A stretch of DNA of 64,000 nucleotides, taken from NCBI GenBank assembly GCA_001244265.2, contig CDLV01000004.1, forward strand, positions 248,001 to 312,000, in the 5' to 3' direction. Numbering within the stretch: position 1 is the first letter of the stretch; the number at the start of each line of letters is the position of its first letter. This DNA is from Microbotryum violaceum (lineage: Eukaryota). The translations under genes and the position numbers were made by a program. The notes under the pieces are model-generated. The model had not been told where the DNA came from and did no database searches. It worked only from the letters and a program-made list of their open reading frames with translations. Of the stretch, positions 58,751-64,000 are shown in pieces.

Positions 58751-60500
58751 TCAAACTACCCTAACTAGTAAAAAAAAGTGTGAGTTAAGGAATGTACCTA
58801 TAATCGCTGTTTTTAACTAGGTTGTGGCCCGGAGGGCCACCTGTGGTGGATGTACCAGCATACTGTTGTGTCTGCCGCACCTGCCTGTGGTGTCGGGGTT
58901 CCGATCAGAAGTCATGTACAAGCCCTGTGGTGACTTTTGTATTTTCCACGCCGTTCCAACGAAGCTACAGCGCTCCCAGTATTTTCTTTCTTTTCTTCGC
59001 TGACATAAACCAATGCTTCCACTCATATTGCATTTAATGAACCGCAAGCGCGTGGCTTTGCATGATATTACTTCTACAGCAGAGCTCTGCCTGACGCGCG
59101 AGGCGAGGGCTGGCGTTTGTCACGTGATGCGGTGCGCCGGCGGTGTCAGTGTCATTCCGACAGTCGACCAGCGGCATTAGGGGTTGAACAACAAATCAAA
59201 CCACGTAAATACTCCTGCGCCACTCCCTCGAACCTTTCCTTTCTCCCTCTCACTCTCATCCAATTTTAGTGACACTCATTCAAGAACAAACCCTCGCTGC
59301 TATGTCCCGGTCCCAAGGTCGCCAGGGACTCAGGGAGGGCCATCGCAACCTCGCCAAGTCTTGGGCGCGAGGGTAGCGCCGTACCATGGGCTACCATGGG
59401 CCTGCTCGAGCGCCCGCTGCTGGGCGCCCCGCGGCTCGACCCTCCTCTTCGTCCCGCTCCGATCAACAGAATCAGCCCCCGGCGCGTCATGACAACAATT
59501 CAACCGATCTTGGCATTGCGACACGTATACGAGCCCGCCGTGCAGCTGTGCAGAACGGACAGCGTGGTCAGCGCGATGGCCAACTCGACGCTGGGCTCGC
59601 CCCACCACCACCTCCTCCGCAAAGGCGGGTGCGCCGGGCTCATATCGCGCTCAAACCCCTCAAGCCCACGTTTTCGCAGGGCAAGGTGCAGCTACCTCCC
59701 CCTCCCCAGCCCAATCTCGAGTATCGGCAGCTTCTTCAAGGCTCGGATAGCGGTCAGTTGCTCCGTCCAACAACATTCGTCTGCAGTAGACCCACATGCT
59801 GAATTACGCGATGCACCTACACAGACGCTAAAGCATTCCGCGAGAATACCCGGTCGTACAACAACGCGTTGTCGTTCACTTCGCTCGCTGCCCTCTGGGA
59901 CCAAACTCAAATGGGCACGCTAGGACCCCCGTGTTTCGCGTGTTTGGTCGCCTCTACCATCGACTCGGCGCCCTGATTCCTACCGTCAATCAACGTCCAG
60001 CCTTGGCCCAGATATGGCTCATCGACCCAGCCGAGGCCACTGACACTCGACTGGGACTCGACGGCGCAGACAGTCGCATACAAAGATCTACTTTGACCAA
60101 GCTCGAGTCCATTCTGCGCACCGGCAATCGCTTTGTGAGGGAGTTCGCATCGGCCAAAGCCCGCGCGGGTTGGGATACGGCCAAAGAGTGGATCCTGCGC
60201 CTCTGCCTCCCGCCAGGCCGGGACCGACGCACCCACAACCCTCCTACGTCGAGCACGGAAATGGCGATGCTTATCTACCATTCCGACACCAACACGGGAG
60301 ATCGTGGACGTCAAGACCTTATTCTCCAGGTGCACGGTGATCGATGTCCGATGGTCGGCTCAAGTACGAAATCGTTAGCTCGCTCCATCCGTCCGCGATG
60401 CCTCTCCGTTACCCACTACTTTTTCCCTGCAGGAGAAGATGGCTTCTTCCCCAACATTCCTCTGTGCAGTTCCAACCAAGCTGGGTCACCCTTCGCCGAC
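58751..60500 (+). mobile_element. Helitron-2 5' region with truncated Rep-helicase N-terminus
   Basis: GKVQLPP, FRENTRSYNNALSFTSL, FRVFGRLYHRLG, AQIWLID, HNPPTSSTEMA, LHPSAMPLRYPLLFPAGEDG are Helitron N-terminal motifs; HUH and helicase motifs are absent. Confidence 0.88.
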
Positions 60501-61440
60501 GAAGAGGATGAAGACGAGGAGGAAGGGGACGAAGAGAATGGTGATGGTGAAGCGCCTTCGGTTCTTTCTCGGATGTTCCATTCTGTTAAGGCGCACGCAC
60601 AGACTGCACAGACTGACATTGAACGTGTGAACATCTAGGACGAAGCTCAAATAAAGGGGATCGAGGTGGCGAGTCTCGTTATACCATCAACTGATATGTG
60701 TACGACAGATCCTGTGTAGACCTTTTCTCATATTCGTTATTTGGATACGACGGAGGGAGTACACACCGCGTCTATTGGGCCCGAGGGAGGGATCGGTCGT
60801 GGTCCCTGAAATCCTGGATCGGTCCTCGGGCAGACAAACGCGTATTCTGAACGGTGTGCACTGAGCATAGAAAATGAATATCTAGTGAAACCTCTTCGGA
60901 CCGTCGACTTGGGTCCAGCGCCAATCAGTCCTGCATCAATTCCTAGAGAGTAATTGAAGAGGCAAAATTGAGGCGGGGCTGTGCGGCCGCACGCGGAGCT
61001 CAGATTGGCGAGCGCTCTGCGTTAACACTTTGACCTCTGCACACTCACGTCAACGCGACAACGCGCATTCTTGACCCACGCCACGCCCCGCATCTCAATA
61101 CGTTGAAACCTCCCCGCGCCTGTTGAACAAACATCGATGCTATTGCCGTCTGGAGGTATGTGGACGCGTTTCCCCGCCTCACATCTCCCTCCTCATGGGC
61201 CTAACTGTGTTGCTCCACCATGACGCGACCGTCAGACATACGCGTGGGATCTAGGGAAGGTTCTCCGGCAGAGTCTATTTCCTTTGGCGCTCATCCGAGT
61301 GAGTGCTCTTGTCTGGTGTTCCAACTGAGATCCCTTGTAGCAGGGCTGAGAGCAGAGTGCCAGTCATCAACCTCATCCTTCTATCTACTCAATCCTGACG
61401 GACAGCTGAAGAAGTCTCTGTTCTCTCACACCTCTTGCAG

Positions 61441-63218
61441 GTCGGAGGGACGATCAAAGCCGTCGAGCCTCCTCACAAGCCAGTACAATTCTGGATGAAC
61501 CGTCTCGACGCCCGACTCGGAAGAGAAAGCGGCGCATGCCCGTGCCCCAAACCCCTTCGTCCGACTCCGACTCTGACGAGCCCAATTTGGGCGATTCCAG
61601 TCAATCCTCGGCTGACGACAGTGACAGTGAAAGTGACAGTCACAGTCACAGTGAGAGCGAGTTTGAAGATGTCGCGATCGACCATCGAAGAGCTGTCAGG
61701 CTCTGGACGGCCATACATGGCTCGCATCGGAACGCGACCGGTTGTATGAGTCAAAGAAAGTGGACCTCGCTGAAGCGCTGGGCCGCTCGAAGATATTACT
61801 CGGAGCTCAAGATGGCCGCGAAACTCGGCATATCTCATGCAAGGCTCGTTCAGGCCGCCAAAAAGTTCGACAGGCTCGCTTCGAAGGGCAATGCGTGGTC
61901 TAAATTTCTCTCGGACCCTGTAATCAAGGTTTTACACTAGCGAGCAAGCAAGGGTGAGTGGTCCTCCGGGCGCTTCCGGTCATGCCCACTCCACTCTCCT
62001 ACGCTCTCGCTTATGCTTACCGCTGCGTCCGCAATGTCTGTTCTTACATACCCTGGGTGTGTCAAACGTGCTCAGAATCGGATCAGTCGAAATCGCAATC
62101 CATCACCAAACTTGCCGCTCACCTCTGGAACTTCCTGAGAGACCAGGGGGACCTCGCATCTGCCCAACTTGGCGAGGACGACGAAGAGCTTGTTCGCGCG
62201 GCTTTTGCAGCGGCAGAGGCCGGAGGTAATACGACTTTCGCTTCGATAGTACCACCCACCATCATCACACGGTCGCCATCCAACATTCCTTCCCCAACTC
62301 AGATGGAGCAATGCAAACAGTACATTGCAGAGTTGCGAGACCTGGCGCAACGCATGTCCAAGCTGTACGGAGTGGAAACCCTGGCCTTTATTGTCCCTCG
62401 TTATCAAGACGACGTGTCGCCAGCGACGAAGGCGACCGTGCATTCGATAGGTGGGCTCAGATTTGCAGCTCACTGCAACGACTTCAAGGATCCATCCGGC
62501 AATTCCTTGTTGTCTAATTTTGCTTCCAAGATGAGCTGGGATGAGACACTCAAGGCCAATGAAGCGGCAGATCTGAAAGAGGGTGAGCCTTTCATCGCAA
62601 GTTATACGCGCATGAGACCAAGTTACCGTTACCAATTATGTGACATATGTTTTCGTCTCATCTATCAGCAAGAACTCGCTCGATGGACAGTGCTACTCGT
62701 GGCGTTCTTGGCAAATGACACGGCACTCTGTTCCGCGCCCAACTCAGTAAGTAGTCTGCATCTGATCGGGCTCGACTCCGTGCTAATCATTTCCGTCTTT
62801 ACAGACTCTGCCCTCGAGACTATACATCGCCGTTCCGACACGGGATCATCGACAGGCGCTTTCACACCTCAGAAGAAGATGATATGGTCTACCTAGGGCT
62901 TGAAGGCACTGGGTGCCAAATGCGGATCAAGCCCGGGACGAAGAGTAGATACGAAATGGCTCTGCATCATAGTGCAGAGACATCGCCCAAGCAAACCGTT
63001 GCTCAGCTCAAGGCTATCATTGACGACCTCCGTCACGGCCGCCTCGCTATCGTACCCTCGGCGGACCCGAACGACAACACGGAGGCAGAAGCAAGCGACA
63101 ATGACTTGGCGGAGAAGGACCCCTGAGCCCAAGATTTGGTGGAGCCGGGGACGAAGGCGGAGAGGTACTCGGCGGAGAAAAAAGCGGAGAAGGGTGGCGG
63201 AGGAGACCGGAGGATGAA
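61441..63218 (+). pseudogene. Spliced hypothetical gene with a premature stop (61938), possibly TE-accessory
   Basis: Exonic ORFs 61536..61940 and 61958..62896 with GT-AG sites at 61954, 62583 and 62748; basic NLS-like and acidic tracts; no recognised family. Confidence 0.45.
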
Positions 63219-64000
63219 TGAAGCAAAACATCGTCGATGTGAGACCGTTCTGATGTCTTTCTTTGGGCATACTATGCTCTGAGTCGGTCTGCAAGATGAC
63301 CGATATTTGTTATGTCTCTGTGGTTTGTGACGCGTCTTTCAGTGTAGATCCTTGAATTTAGTTTCAGATGATTGTCATGCACGCATACAGCGTCTCAGCT
63401 GCCATCTTGATTGTGGCAATTAATCTTAACAGGATTGTAAATCAATACGATCAGAACGCTCATTCTGTCAGGCTCCGCCAAGATCACTGGGCATACTCGA
63501 AACCCCCCCCCCCCCCAGCGGACTGTTTCCTACGTCAAGGCCCGGGGCCCCTGTGTGCTCCGGGCGCCGGCATCCCGTTCATCCACGGCCCCCTTCCAGA
63601 GATTACGCTGGAGTCTTTCTTCACAACCAATCGTTCCGCACCTTTGTCCTACAAGGACTCGGGGCGCACCGCATGGGCCGCAGCACAACGGTGTGGCGCT
63701 CGCATCCAGGCAAGGCGACATCTCTGCGCATCTATTTACCTTTGGGTCAACGAAATTAGAATAGCACTCGGCCGACGCATCTCCTCTTTCTTCTTCTTCT
63801 TCTTCTTCTGAACTTGTGATGTACAAGCAAATGGCCATACACCTTTTCCAACTTCGACCTCATCGCCGTTTCTTGCGCCTCCCGTTTCAAACACACTTGG
63901 GAACCGATCCCTCCTAATCATTATCATATCCATGTATCCATGCTTCGTCCGAAGGCACCGTACCATTGACCGGGTCTCGTTGCACAAGTCTGTTTGACCT

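Noticed and set aside
60860-60890. CTAG-T as the Helitron-2 3' end
   Set aside because: No convincing adjacent hairpin.
63368-64000. Possible genes at the window end
   Set aside because: No recognisable motifs or consistent splice model.

Overview
Eukaryotic (fungal, most likely basidiomycete/Pucciniomycotina) DNA that is almost entirely a nest of transposable elements. The taxon call is an inference from GT-AG introns, fungal Copia PBS types and TpCpG->TpTpG hypermutation. The window holds four Ty1/Copia families, four chromodomain Ty3/Gypsy elements plus a 3' remnant and a solo LTR, two Helitron families (tandem, rearranged, one with an integral spliced 3' gene), two TIR families with CAT...ATG ends and 2-bp TSDs, and a 568-bp TG...CA foldback element. 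Host-type genes are few: an intact RRM-like gene, a JmjC (JMJD5/KDM8-like) pseudogene, a Pop8-like gene and an MFS fragment. Most boundaries were fixed by TSDs and by restoring interrupted reading frames. Most notable: three Gypsy elements with oligo-T in place of a tRNA PBS; a Helitron-integral unknown gene (SSB-like hypothesis); a Copia with AG...TT termini; a palindromic element with integrase-type ends; and long/short LTR pairs in four separate elements. Everything was read by eye; no database searches were run.
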